From Polyangiaceae bacterium (GTDB taxonomy: Bacteria > Myxococcota_A > Polyangia > Polyangiales > Polyangiaceae): a stretch of 64,000 nt of DNA. The position numbers and the translations under genes were made by a program. The notes beneath the pieces were generated by a model that made no database searches, was not told the DNA's origin, and saw only the letters and a program-made list of their open reading frames with translations. Every line of letters begins with the position of its first letter. Positions within the stretch are counted from its first letter, which is position 1. Of this stretch, positions 28,936 to 38,744 are shown piece after piece. The stretch lies in assembly GCA_965222375.1 (NCBI GenBank), contig CBDCTZ010000016.1:96001-160000 (forward strand). The letters are read 5' to 3'.

Positions 28936-30267
28936 TCAACCGATGGCGGCGTGTACGACTTTGCCGCTCGGCAGGATCTCGTCCATGCGCTCCGAGGACA
29001 CACCCAGTGCGACGCCAAGGGTTTTGCCCAAGGAGTTGAGGGTGTCTTCGAACTTGATGTCCGCTTCACCGCCACCTTTGCCGGTGACCGAGTCAATGGC
29101 TTGGGCTTCGTATTCCTTGCCGGACTTGTTGGGCTTGATGCCGCCGATGACGCTGCCCTTCATGCCGTTGCCCATCAGCACCGTGACGTGGTGACCCTTG
29201 TTGTGATCGCGTCCGGCGGTCTTCTTCTTCTTGAGGGTGCGGCCGAAGACGTTGAGAGAGCCAAGCAGCACGTCGTGCTTGAGCAGGTTCTGGGCGCGCA
29301 GTTGGTCGAGCTCATCCATGAGCAGCTGCATGTCGGCGATGGCGGTTTGGTGCCGGCTGGCTTCCCGAGCCAAGCCCGCGTCGGTGTGATTGTCGCGGCC
29401 GAAATCGAGCTTCATGGTGATGACGGGCGTGATGTTCATAGCCGCGAGCACCGCGGCGGTGCGCACCTGGTTGATCTGGTTGTTGCCATTGATGGCATCC
29501 AGGCGGGAAACCAGCGCGTTGCCAATGCCGCGTACTTCGTCGCGGGAGCGCGCCCAGGCGTCCAGCATCGTGCGCTGGCTCGGCGTGCCGTGCTCCTTGT
29601 ACAGGGCGTACATCTTGTCGATGCTCTTGTCGCGGAGCTGAGTCAGGTCTTTCAAGGGGCCATCCACGCCGCCCAGAGCCTTCTGGACCGACGTCGGACC
29701 GACGTTGGCGAGCACGCGGCCGCCTGAGCTGAGCAACTCGCCACCATTGGCTCCCAAGCTCACGGGGTCCGACTGCACGCTTCCGAGACGCGGCGCCAGT
29801 TCACGAGCGAGCAAGCTGATCAGCATGTCGTTCTTCTCGGTGGCGTCCATCATCCGCTGCACGCGGCGCATCTCGCCGTGCACCGGCGTGAAGGTGGCGT
29901 GGTGGAAGAAACAGGTGCGGTCGAGAATGTTCTGCGGCAAGTCGGCCCAGACCTTGGCGCCCTTGGTGGAAGTCGAACCGAGCTGCATGCTGGTCTCGGC
30001 GAAGGCCGGATCCGGCGGGTGGTAGACGTCGTTGAAGCCGTAGGTGCCAGGCACGTTGGCGTTGACGGGATCGCCAGAGCTGGAGCAGCTCAAGATCAAC
30101 ATCTTGGCGGGCAGCAGATCCGCGGCGCGGGCGCTGAGCGGGTCGAGCAGTACTTTGGCAGGAATGCCCGTGGCCAGAGAACGGAGGATCAATCCGCCGG
30201 TGACGGTAGCGAAGGCGCCCAAGGCACCGCGGCGGCTCAACTTCATCTTGCTATTACTCATCGTCAT
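28936..30267 (-). CDS. Tat-exported DUF1501-like protein
   Basis: LSRRGALG twin-arginine signal; DNH, FGRT...GRDHN motifs. Confidence 0.75.
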   Translation of the reverse strand: MTMSNSKMKLSRRGALGAFATVTGGLILRSLATGIPAKVLLDPLSARAADLLPAKMLILSCSSSGDPVNANVPGTYGFNDVYHPPDPAFAETSMQLGSTSTKGAKVWADLPQNILDRTCFFHHATFTPVHGEMRRVQRMMDATEKNDMLISLLARELAPRLGSVQSDPVSLGANGGELLSSGGRVLANVGPTSVQKALGGVDGPLKDLTQLRDKSIDKMYALYKEHGTPSQRTMLDAWARSRDEVRGIGNALVSRLDAINGNNQINQVRTAAVLAAMNITPVITMKLDFGRDNHTDAGLAREASRHQTAIADMQLLMDELDQLRAQNLLKHDVLLGSLNVFGRTLKKKKTAGRDHNKGHHVTVLMGNGMKGSVIGGIKPNKSGKEYEAQAIDSVTGKGGGEADIKFEDTLNSLGKTLGVALGVSSERMDEILPSGKVVHAAIG

Positions 30268-30274
30268 CGATCCC

Positions 30275-32377
30275 TCAGAAGCCCACGCCCGCTGAACCTG
30301 GCGACATGCAGGCAACCACGAAAGCCGACTGCAGTGCTTCTTGCTCCTTCTTGCCCGCATCGAGGGCGTCGCTCACGTGCTCCTCCAAGATCTGCTTGGC
30401 GGCGGCGTGGCGCGGATCCTTCGGGGGCAAACCCATGACTTTGCTCACCAGCACATCCACGACCTCTTGCTGCGACTTGCCATCGAAGATGCCAAAGCCC
30501 TTCATGGCGGCAATGGTGCAGGCGGCCTCGCGGTTGGCGCGGGTGAACATGCCCGTCTCGCTGATGGTCACCGGTTCGACCACCGCTCGACTGAAACTGT
30601 CGTCCGGCACCGATGCCGTCGCGCCTCGCACGTCGTTCTGCAGGCTCGTGCTGTCCTGAGACAGAGTGCGCAAGCCGCAGATGTCGTCGACTTCGAGCCG
30701 GTGAGAAAGCTGGGCACAGAACTGCGAGCGACGCGCGATGGTTGCCGTGGTGCCGGCGTCGATTCCGGCGACGCAAGTTCTGCCGGTGATCATCGGCGAG
30801 GAAAACAGCTCGCGCACCAAGACCCGGAAGTCCAGGTTGGAGTCGTCGAAGGCCTTGACCACCCGGTCAAACTCATCACCCTCGGGGCAGGCGGCAGAGT
30901 TGGCGTAGAAGCAGAGCTTCTGGGCCCAGGCGCGTGCGAAGTAGGGGTGGCTAGCGAGGACTTGGGTCAGGTCCAGGATGCCATTGCCCTTCTCTCGAAT
31001 CTCGCCGAAGACGAAGTCCGCAGGCAACGCGCTGCGCTCTTCATCGAGCTGCTGGCCAGCAAAGTTGGTGAAGGAGGCGCGAACGTAGTCGCGCATCGGG
31101 TCCATCTGCTGATGGCAGCCGTAGCACTCGCTGCCGGGAGCTGCATGCTCCTCGTCGAGGCTGGCGGGCGCGAAATCGCTCACCGCAACGCCCTCGAAGC
31201 TGGCGCCCAGGGCAACGATCAAGATCTGGTTGATCACGACCCGCGCGGAGTTGTCTTCATTGTTGGGCCAGGTTCCGATGAAGCCCGGTGAACCGATGAA
31301 GCCGGGGCGATCCATGTTGATCACGAGTTCGTTTTGGCCGCGAAGCTTCTTCAGGTCGTAGAACGCCGTGCCGGACTCACCTGAGGCGGGCTTGCGGATC
31401 GTGACCATGCGCCAGTCGCTGAAGTCCGAGCGCTCCATCAACGGCGCCTTGTTCGTCGAGCCGGTACTGCAGCCGTCTTGATGACGACTGAGGGATTGGT
31501 GCCGCCCGAACATGGTCGAAAAGACGTAGTAAGACGGATTGATGCCGCCGCTAGCGATGCGCCACTGGCCTTTGACGTTCTTCGTGGTGTCGACCGTGTT
31601 CGTGGTTGCGACATTGCAGGAGGTAGGCAGCTCGTTCAGGCGGCCGTGCCAGAACTTGCCGAAGTTGGAGTGGTTCGGGTCCAGCGCCTGACTGGCGGGA
31701 GGCGCGTCAGCCTGGTTCCTCACGAAACGCAGCTGCGGGAAGTGACCATTCGTGGTGCGCACGGTCTTCTTCTCGTCGTCATCGACGACCACGTCGTCCT
31801 GGTAGGCCATGTAGGCCATCTGCGCGGTGGTCATCATGAACGTGTTGGTGGTGATGACCTCGCTCCAAGCCTGACCCGACTTGACGATCTCGTAGGCCGT
31901 ACGGGCGAAGCTCTCCGAGAAGTTATCGTTGAGCATCACGTCCGTGGTTGCGCTGTTCGGATTCGAGAAGCGGCCCAGAGACGTGTTGTTGAAACCAAGC
32001 GGGTAGAAGAAGGTCTCGTTGTCCAAGCCGGTCTGTTGGAACGCGGTCATGAAGAAGCGCTCCAGCATTGGCTTGGCTGAGTCGCTGGCGATCCAGGTGT
32101 CGATCAGGCCACCCAATGCGTTCGGATCGCTCTCGAGCTGTTGAAGCTCTGCGTCTTCCAGAGGCAGCCCTGTGAGCAGGGACTTGACCTTGCCGCCGTA
32201 GGAGTGGGGCTTCAGCAACGCATCCACGTTGCACTCGCCGGTCGGACCCGATGGTTTCCAGGTCGTTTCTTTGCCGTTTTCCGGGCCACCAGCCGCGCGG
32301 CCGTCTTTGGTGTCGAGCTCGCCGGCGCAACTCACGATCAGAACGCTCAGACCGACTGCGGACGTAACCGAGCGCAT
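30275..32377 (-). CDS. Large lipoprotein with a CxxCH motif (DUF1588/DUF1585-like)
   Basis: Lipobox IVSC; ECYGCHQQMDP; WAQKLCFYANS...FRVLVRELFSSP. Confidence 0.72.
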   Translation of the reverse strand: MRSVTSAVGLSVLIVSCAGELDTKDGRAAGGPENGKETTWKPSGPTGECNVDALLKPHSYGGKVKSLLTGLPLEDAELQQLESDPNALGGLIDTWIASDSAKPMLERFFMTAFQQTGLDNETFFYPLGFNNTSLGRFSNPNSATTDVMLNDNFSESFARTAYEIVKSGQAWSEVITTNTFMMTTAQMAYMAYQDDVVVDDDEKKTVRTTNGHFPQLRFVRNQADAPPASQALDPNHSNFGKFWHGRLNELPTSCNVATTNTVDTTKNVKGQWRIASGGINPSYYVFSTMFGRHQSLSRHQDGCSTGSTNKAPLMERSDFSDWRMVTIRKPASGESGTAFYDLKKLRGQNELVINMDRPGFIGSPGFIGTWPNNEDNSARVVINQILIVALGASFEGVAVSDFAPASLDEEHAAPGSECYGCHQQMDPMRDYVRASFTNFAGQQLDEERSALPADFVFGEIREKGNGILDLTQVLASHPYFARAWAQKLCFYANSAACPEGDEFDRVVKAFDDSNLDFRVLVRELFSSPMITGRTCVAGIDAGTTATIARRSQFCAQLSHRLEVDDICGLRTLSQDSTSLQNDVRGATASVPDDSFSRAVVEPVTISETGMFTRANREAACTIAAMKGFGIFDGKSQQEVVDVLVSKVMGLPPKDPRHAAAKQILEEHVSDALDAGKKEQEALQSAFVVACMSPGSAGVGF

Positions 32378-32412
32378 ACCATCCGCCCAAAACCGCTTCT
32401 TGCCTCCAATCT

Positions 32413-33945
32413 TCACGGCGCCATTCCTCCTGCCAACCACTGCGCGATGACCTGCACTTGGGCATCACCGAAGTCGGCTCCTTTGCTGGCGGCCGGGGGC
32501 ATGTTGCCCGCGTCCACAACTCGCTTCTGGATCTGCTCGGACAGGTTGGTCCAAGCTCCGTAGGTGGACATCACTGGACCCGAATCCGAACTGCCCCGGT
32601 GGCAATCGCTGCCGCTGCAATGCTTTTCGACTATCGGCTTGATGTCCGCCTCCCAGCTGCGCTCGATCTCGGGCAAGCGCTTCATGAGCAGCGTGCGGCT
32701 CGCGCCGGCGGACTCGACGACCAGCTCGTGCCATCCCACTTCGTTCAGGCGCAAGTCGCCAGTCATCGCATTGGACGCCGAATCGGGCGTCAGCAAGAGC
32801 GGCTTGCCGTCGAGAGAAGCCGACACGCTGGCCGACGCGTCGCTAGGCGTGACGGAAAAGCTGTAGTCGAGCTCCTTGCTCCGGCTGTAGGGGCGCAGCC
32901 CACTGATGCGGAACATTGCTCCCGTCGCGACATGGCAAGCAGAACCTCCGCGGCTGACCCACACACCACCAGCGTGGGCGAAGACGCTGTCAATCGCGCC
33001 ACTGCCGCCGCTAGGCAACGAGACCTCCTGCCATTGCCCACTCGAAAGCCGCAACAGCCGCCCTCCAGAAGTCAGCCAAAGCTGCCCAGCTGCTGCGCTC
33101 AAGTTCTCGGGCGCGCCATCGGGGAAGGTCCAGGGTTGCCAGGCGTCTGGTCCCACCCAGAGTTGCTCGCCGTCGACGACACCGAGGGTGACCGTCGCGT
33201 CAGCACCCCGGGTGACCGCGGCTGCTTTCAGCGCCTCGAACTTGACCGGGCGGTGCACGGTGGTCGGCGCGACCCGCCACAACGTGCCATCCGGAGACGT
33301 CATCCACGCGTTGTCATCGCGGCCTTGGCACTCGCCCTGATGACGAACCAACTCCGTGGGAGCCGCGTTGCCGCCAGCACCCGGCGTCCAGCCCCACCAC
33401 TGATCGTCTTCGCGTCGTTCGTACAGCTTGCCACTGCAGAGCAGCGAGCCGTTGGTTCCCGGATCGCCACAGAAACCGGCGGTGGCCGTGAAACCTTGGG
33501 GCGGCGACAGCTGCACTCGCGCCAGGTCTTCCAGCCGCCACAGCCCGTCCTCGGTGATGATCGCCGCGTCGGTCTGTGACCACGCTTGCAGGCGTCGGAT
33601 CTGCGTCAGCTCGATCTCGTCGGACAGCACGTTGCTCTGGTCGAAGGCGTCCAAAACTCGGAGCGTGCTCGTCGTGGATTGCTCCGCGACCAACCAGGCG
33701 TGGCCCTCGGGGCTGACCGAAACCAGCTGCTCACCGCTCGCCATATCGACGCAGAAGCCCTGGCCGGAGACGACCTGGAGACTCTGGGGCACCTGCTTCG
33801 GTTCGACATCCGGCGGAGGTGCCGGGCCGCCCGAACCGCTGATTTCCCCGGTGCAGCTGAGGCTGAGGGCGGCAACCAAGACTGGCAAGCCGCGCAGCGC
33901 TGCTGCAGCACTGTAACTTTTCAATCCGAGGGGAGCATCGAGCAT
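32413..33945 (-). CDS. Lipoprotein with beta-rich N-terminus and C-terminal cytochrome c-like domain
   Basis: Lipobox LSLSC; WEADIKPIVEKHCSGSDCH...NMPP...IAQWLAGG. Confidence 0.72.
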   Translation of the reverse strand: MLDAPLGLKSYSAAAALRGLPVLVAALSLSCTGEISGSGGPAPPPDVEPKQVPQSLQVVSGQGFCVDMASGEQLVSVSPEGHAWLVAEQSTTSTLRVLDAFDQSNVLSDEIELTQIRRLQAWSQTDAAIITEDGLWRLEDLARVQLSPPQGFTATAGFCGDPGTNGSLLCSGKLYERREDDQWWGWTPGAGGNAAPTELVRHQGECQGRDDNAWMTSPDGTLWRVAPTTVHRPVKFEALKAAAVTRGADATVTLGVVDGEQLWVGPDAWQPWTFPDGAPENLSAAAGQLWLTSGGRLLRLSSGQWQEVSLPSGGSGAIDSVFAHAGGVWVSRGGSACHVATGAMFRISGLRPYSRSKELDYSFSVTPSDASASVSASLDGKPLLLTPDSASNAMTGDLRLNEVGWHELVVESAGASRTLLMKRLPEIERSWEADIKPIVEKHCSGSDCHRGSSDSGPVMSTYGAWTNLSEQIQKRVVDAGNMPPAASKGADFGDAQVQVIAQWLAGGMAP

Positions 33946-34296
33946 CACGAAAAGTGCGCCCACCGAGGGAAGTGTGAGTGAGCGCCGGATATGCCCCTAC
34001 ATGATCCATACCAACTTGCTGTTCACACTTCTTGGGGAGCAGCGAGCGCCAAAAACATGCGGCGGTCCCGATCCCCACGGGTCGCACGCTGGTGCGACGC
34101 AGCGCGACCCGTCACGGCGTGAAACACGTCGCGCGTCGCAGTGCTGACAGGTTGCGCGACGTCGAAGGTCGCACTGCCTGGCAAGCACCCGAGAGGTACC
34201 AACCACGAGTGCCAACCGCAGGTTGGCGCCGCCGCGGCCCATGTTACGGTCCGCCGCATCGTGTCAAAGAGCCTCACCGATCTGACGTGCACCTTG

Positions 34297-34863
34297 ATGA
34301 GCAGCTGGCTCGAGGAGGGATCGATCCCTGACCAAGCCGTCGAGGGCGTCGGTCCACGCCTCGCGGAAGTCTTCGAGACCAAGCCCGACGAGCTGCTCTT
34401 GGAGAGCTTTCAGGATCCCGAAGGGGACTGGAGTGGTGTGCCGATCGAATTCTCGGACGCCTTCGATGGCGCGTTTTCGTTCATCGCCCCCGACCGTTGG
34501 GACGGCGTGGCGCAAGAAGGCAACGTCGCTCAGATCGCGGAGGAGGGTGAAGCGCGGTTGACCGTCGTGCTCGTGCCCATCGACGAGTGGAGTGAAACCC
34601 TGGAGGGCTATTTCGAACGCCACGATGTAGAGGCGCTCTGGTTCGCCCCCCGCCATGGCGACATCTATTTGCACTGGGCCTGGGTGACCGGCGGCGAAGA
34701 TGGTTCACCCTGGTGGGTATGGTCCGTCAACTCGTCGGGGGACTGGATTGTGCTGACCAAAGGTGACGCAACCGACGCGGAATCGCTGAGCGAACAGCTC
34801 GGCGTCGCGCTGAGCTCCAACCCCTGGGCAGGTTGGATCGGCGCCGCGCAAACACAGGAGTGA
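34297..34863 (+). CDS. Acidic Trp-rich hypothetical protein
   Basis: Coding-like ORF; its stop overlaps the next start (GTGA). Confidence 0.6.
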   Translation: MSSWLEEGSIPDQAVEGVGPRLAEVFETKPDELLLESFQDPEGDWSGVPIEFSDAFDGAFSFIAPDRWDGVAQEGNVAQIAEEGEARLTVVLVPIDEWSETLEGYFERHDVEALWFAPRHGDIYLHWAWVTGGEDGSPWWVWSVNSSGDWIVLTKGDATDAESLSEQLGVALSSNPWAGWIGAAQTQE

Positions 34864-35750
34864 GCAGCATCTTGGCGGCTGCACATTCGCGAGCGCTGTT
34901 CGCGTTGAGCATTGCCCTCTTCCTTTTCGATTGCCGCTCTGCCAGGCGCAGCCCGACCGAACGGGGTGCGTCTGCCCCGGTGGCAGTTCCAACGGCGAGC
35001 GCCGTTCGCCCGGAAGACCCAGCGCCGCGCAGCATCAACTGCGGCGACGCCGCTTGTAGAGTCGGCAAGGAGCGCTGCTGTGATGTTGGCGAGACCCTGC
35101 GCTGCACCGCGGAGAAACCGGGTTTCGCTCAGCAGGAATTCGAAGCGTCCGTGTGCCGACCCGCGACGGCGCAGGAACCGAGTTCCGGGCGGGTGCTCCT
35201 CTGCGACGACAGCGGAGACTGCGCCAGCAGGCAGCGCTGCTGCATGACGGATGAGGGCATGCCGGACTGGTACGCGGCGCGCTGCGTTCCGGGGGTTGGA
35301 GATTGCACCCATGGCGAACTGTGCAGCGACGAAGGCGGCTGTCGGCCCCCCCACCGCTGCGTTGATGGGCGCTGCCTGACTCCAGCCGCAGAGCGTCGTG
35401 TGAGCTGCGGGAAACTGACCTGCTCGGGCGCTACGCCGGTTTGTTGCGTGCCCCGAGACGAGGAGAGTGCTCCAAAATGCTCTACTAGTGGCGATTGCCG
35501 TGCCGAGGGTGGCAATCCCTACGAGTGTACTGGCGCAGCTGACTGCGGCGCACTCCAGTTCTGCATGGAGCTGTACTGGGGCTCGCGTTGCTTCGGCAGC
35601 TACCCCAACGGGGGCTTGAGAGGCTTGTGCCGCACCAAAGCCGATTGCAAGCCATGGATGTGGAACGACCAACCGAAACCGGGCGTGCGCATTGACTGCG
35701 TCGCGCACGACGAGAAGTCCTGGTTGAAACGCTGCGTCCAGATCGAGTGA
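34860..35750 (+). CDS. Cys-rich secreted protein
   Basis: Hydrophobic leader; repeated CG...C...CC and CDDSGDC/CTGAADC modules. Confidence 0.72.
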   Translation: MSSILAAAHSRALFALSIALFLFDCRSARRSPTERGASAPVAVPTASAVRPEDPAPRSINCGDAACRVGKERCCDVGETLRCTAEKPGFAQQEFEASVCRPATAQEPSSGRVLLCDDSGDCASRQRCCMTDEGMPDWYAARCVPGVGDCTHGELCSDEGGCRPPHRCVDGRCLTPAAERRVSCGKLTCSGATPVCCVPRDEESAPKCSTSGDCRAEGGNPYECTGAADCGALQFCMELYWGSRCFGSYPNGGLRGLCRTKADCKPWMWNDQPKPGVRIDCVAHDEKSWLKRCVQIE

Positions 35751-35765
35751 TGCGCTCTGGAAGAG

Positions 35766-36119
35766 CTACATCGCGCGGCCGTCAATGACGGTGATCTCGA
35801 GGGCAAAGGGATCGATGGCATCGACGCAACCCAAGTTCACGCGATAGCCCTGCTTGTCGTCGCCGTGATACGGGTAGATCCCGCACTGCTTGCAGAACAA
35901 GTGGTTCACGTCGTGGTCGCCCCAGCGGTAGTCGCTCATCTCGTCCTTGCCGGAGAGCAGCTCGAAGTCCCCAGCCGGGAAGTAGCCTGATGACATCACG
36001 GCGCCCTTGCGCACGCAGATCGAACAGTTGCAGCGCTTGCCCGTCGTGATCTCGTCGGACTGAAACGAAAACCGCACTCGCCCACAGTGACAGCGACCCT
36101 CGTACTTGCGTTTAGCCAT
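35766..36119 (-). CDS. GFA / CENP-V family protein
   Basis: GRCHCGRV, CNCSICVRKG, FCKQCGIY, RVNLGC. Confidence 0.9.
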   Translation of the reverse strand: MAKRKYEGRCHCGRVRFSFQSDEITTGKRCNCSICVRKGAVMSSGYFPAGDFELLSGKDEMSDYRWGDHDVNHLFCKQCGIYPYHGDDKQGYRVNLGCVDAIDPFALEITVIDGRAM

Positions 36120-36273
36120 GGCGCCCTGTGTAGCCCAGTCGGCCGCCTAGGAGTAGCGACCCAGCAAGGCCCGAAGCGAGAGTCGCGGCCCAGCGCCGGC
36201 CCAGCACCCCGTCGACCTGTCGGGTATCGCGCAGCGCGTCACTCGACCCCCAAACCAACCACCGAAACCGCAC

Positions 36274-36924
36274 CTAGTCGAAGGGGTTCACGAGGTCGCC
36301 TTTTGGCCTCTTGGGCTTGGGCGTGACCTTCGGCGGCGGGGGAGCTTTGGGTTGCTTCGGTTTCGGTGGTTTCGAAATCGGCACCGGAGCGGCAGGCGCG
36401 CTGGCGCTGGGCGCCGCGCTTGGGTTCGCCAATGGGCTGTCGAAGAAGCGCTCGACCTTGTCGGCGAGCTCCTTGTCGTGGAGCAGGCGCGAGACGAGCC
36501 CCTTGCCGCTCAGCGCAGAGGACAGGAGTTTTTCTGCGCTGGCCATGGCGGCCTCACCCTTCTTGCTGAGGGCGCCTCTGGCGCAACTGATCTCGCCACC
36601 GGGTGCGATCGTCGCTGCCTCGACCTTGCCGGGCTCAACGCTGAGATGCGTGTCGCTGCCAAGCCCATACCAGCCTACCCCAACGCAGGTGCTCGTCGTC
36701 ACCTTGAAGCCCCGAGCGTTGCGCAGATCGAATTGAACCCGCGCCTTCGTTCCGTCGAGATCGACCTGGTTCACCCTCCCGACCTGAACGCCGGCGATGT
36801 ACACGTTGGCGCCGGTTTTCAAACCGCCCGCATCTTCGAGCACGACCGTGTAGTTCTTTGCCTTGGGCGAGTTGTCACAAGCCACGATGAGGGGAAGCAA
36901 TGTGAGAACACCGAGTCGTTTCAT
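36274..36924 (-). CDS. MCE/MlaD-family lipoprotein
   Basis: Lipobox IVAC; DAGGLKTGANVYIAGVQVGRV; Pro-rich tail. Confidence 0.85.
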   Translation of the reverse strand: MKRLGVLTLLPLIVACDNSPKAKNYTVVLEDAGGLKTGANVYIAGVQVGRVNQVDLDGTKARVQFDLRNARGFKVTTSTCVGVGWYGLGSDTHLSVEPGKVEAATIAPGGEISCARGALSKKGEAAMASAEKLLSSALSGKGLVSRLLHDKELADKVERFFDSPLANPSAAPSASAPAAPVPISKPPKPKQPKAPPPPKVTPKPKRPKGDLVNPFD

Positions 36925-37029
36925 GCTGCGAGGTTTACACGGGAGGCCACGGCGCAACAACGCTGCGGGCCCGATGGTTCCCGGGCGTCGCAACCAACAC
37001 CGCTGCGCTGCGCCCGCTCGGGTAGCCGC

Positions 37030-38106
37030 TCAACGCCGCAGCCGCGCGCGCGCCTCGTCGGCCAATTCGTCCAAGGCCGCCTCTTCGAGCTGTGCGGCGT
37101 CGTCCCGGTCGGATTCTTCGAACTCGGCGGAATCGTTCGGTGCCGGGCTTTCGAATCCGGTGGCGCTGTCGGCGAAAGAGCCGTCGCCGGCGCGGCGGTC
37201 TGTGTCGACCCGAACCCGCGGCGGCGCGCTCGGTTCCGAAATCACCGGCGGTGCGAAGGGCGAGAAAGGCTCCGGGGACGGAGAGCATGCCGCGCGCAGC
37301 ATGGGGATACTCTCGGGCGCGATGTACAGCTCCCACGACCGCGGGAAATAGCCCAGCGGCGTCCTCGTCTTCCGCGAATAGGGCGCGAGCTTGAAGCTGT
37401 TCCCGCTCGGAAAGGCAAGGTGGATTTGGGCGCGCACGTCGTCGAACTCGATGTTGACGTCTTGTCGCGCCGCTTCTTCGAGCACGCGATCGCCCTTGCG
37501 AATGCGCACCCGGCCATCGTCGAATTCCAATCCATGGCTGGGTCGCTTCAAACCCCAAACCGACAGCGCTTGGTTGATGAGCAGGAAGATCGCGAACGGT
37601 CCCACAAACGAACCCATGAAGGTCAGGTAGTTCATACGAAGATTGGCCGCGAGCACGAAGCTCATGACCAGCGCGAGCGAAATGAGAACCCAATTCAAGG
37701 CTCGAGAAACTCGATGCAAGTCGAAATACTGGCGCATGGTCCGCCGCTCGCGACTGGGCCCACGATAGTCCTGAGGCGCCGGGTGCACAGTGCGCCACGC
37801 CGACTGCAGCGCGACCATGAACGCGTGGAAGTCATGAGCAGCCATTTCCCCATTCACCCGCTGCACCGGCGCGCGGCTTTCGTGGGCATAGTGCGCACCC
37901 CGCGCGCCAATCACGAAGGCCTCGCCATCATCGAGCGACAGCGCGACCCCAGGCCCTCGCCCGAGCCACTTGCCGACGCCGACCTTGCCTTCGGACAGCG
38001 GAAACAGGCGCGAGCCCTCCAGCCCCTCCACGACGACGCCGTCCGTCGTGACGCTGAGTTGATAGCGTCGGTGCGGCTTCTTCGAATCGAAGGCCCACCA
38101 GGTCAT
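37030..38106 (-). CDS. Hypothetical membrane protein
   Basis: Two central TM helices, acidic C-terminus. Confidence 0.65.
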   Translation of the reverse strand: MTWWAFDSKKPHRRYQLSVTTDGVVVEGLEGSRLFPLSEGKVGVGKWLGRGPGVALSLDDGEAFVIGARGAHYAHESRAPVQRVNGEMAAHDFHAFMVALQSAWRTVHPAPQDYRGPSRERRTMRQYFDLHRVSRALNWVLISLALVMSFVLAANLRMNYLTFMGSFVGPFAIFLLINQALSVWGLKRPSHGLEFDDGRVRIRKGDRVLEEAARQDVNIEFDDVRAQIHLAFPSGNSFKLAPYSRKTRTPLGYFPRSWELYIAPESIPMLRAACSPSPEPFSPFAPPVISEPSAPPRVRVDTDRRAGDGSFADSATGFESPAPNDSAEFEESDRDDAAQLEEAALDELADEARARLRR

Positions 38107-38155
38107 GCGAGCTTCGTTCAAGACGGCTCCAGACGAAGCGAGCTGCGGGGCGCCG

Positions 38156-38638
38156 TCAATACGGCGTTCCGTCTTTGCGGGTGAACTGCCACTTGCCGTC
38201 ACTGCCCAGTGCAGCCTTCAGGTCATCGTCCGGATAGATCGCAGCGTCCCCGGGCCCGCGGTCGCCAATTTCCAGAAACACCACGTCCTCGGCGCTGCGA
38301 TTGACCAAGTGGTGCCCGTTGCCGGTTCCCGCTTTGAAGCCCGCGCACATGCCCGGGCTCAGTTGGGTTTCACCTTCGTCGGTGATGAGCAACGGACGGC
38401 CCGACAAGATGTACACAAACTCGTCCTGCTTGGTATGCGCATGGCGCAGTGCCGACGCCGCACCCGGTGCGAGCTGCGTCAAGTTGACTCCGAAGGTGGA
38501 CAGCCCGAAAGCGTTGCCCAACGCGCGCTTCACTCGCCCCTGCATGCGCGAGGCAAATGGCTCAGGGTAATTCGACAGCTTGTCGCGTGGTGCGACCTCC
38601 GCCGCCACAACAGCCACGGGCAATTTGCTCTGGGTCAT
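38156..38638 (-). CDS. Cupin-domain protein
   Basis: FGVNLTQLAPG...HAHTKQDEFVYILSG...GHHLVN...YPDDDL. Confidence 0.9.
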   Translation of the reverse strand: MTQSKLPVAVVAAEVAPRDKLSNYPEPFASRMQGRVKRALGNAFGLSTFGVNLTQLAPGAASALRHAHTKQDEFVYILSGRPLLITDEGETQLSPGMCAGFKAGTGNGHHLVNRSAEDVVFLEIGDRGPGDAAIYPDDDLKAALGSDGKWQFTRKDGTPY

Positions 38639-38744
38639 GAGCCGATCTGTAGCTCCGCGTGCAGCAGAAGCCCAGGTCGCCGGAAGATAGGCCGCCAGCG
38701 ACGCAGGGCGCGCGCTTGGCGCGACGCCAGAGCAACGCTTCCGC

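Noticed and set aside
36352..38184. 610-aa plus-strand ORF and similar long Arg/Ala-rich ORFs
   Set aside because: Shadow frames of real minus-strand genes, typical of high-GC DNA, with no recognisable motifs.
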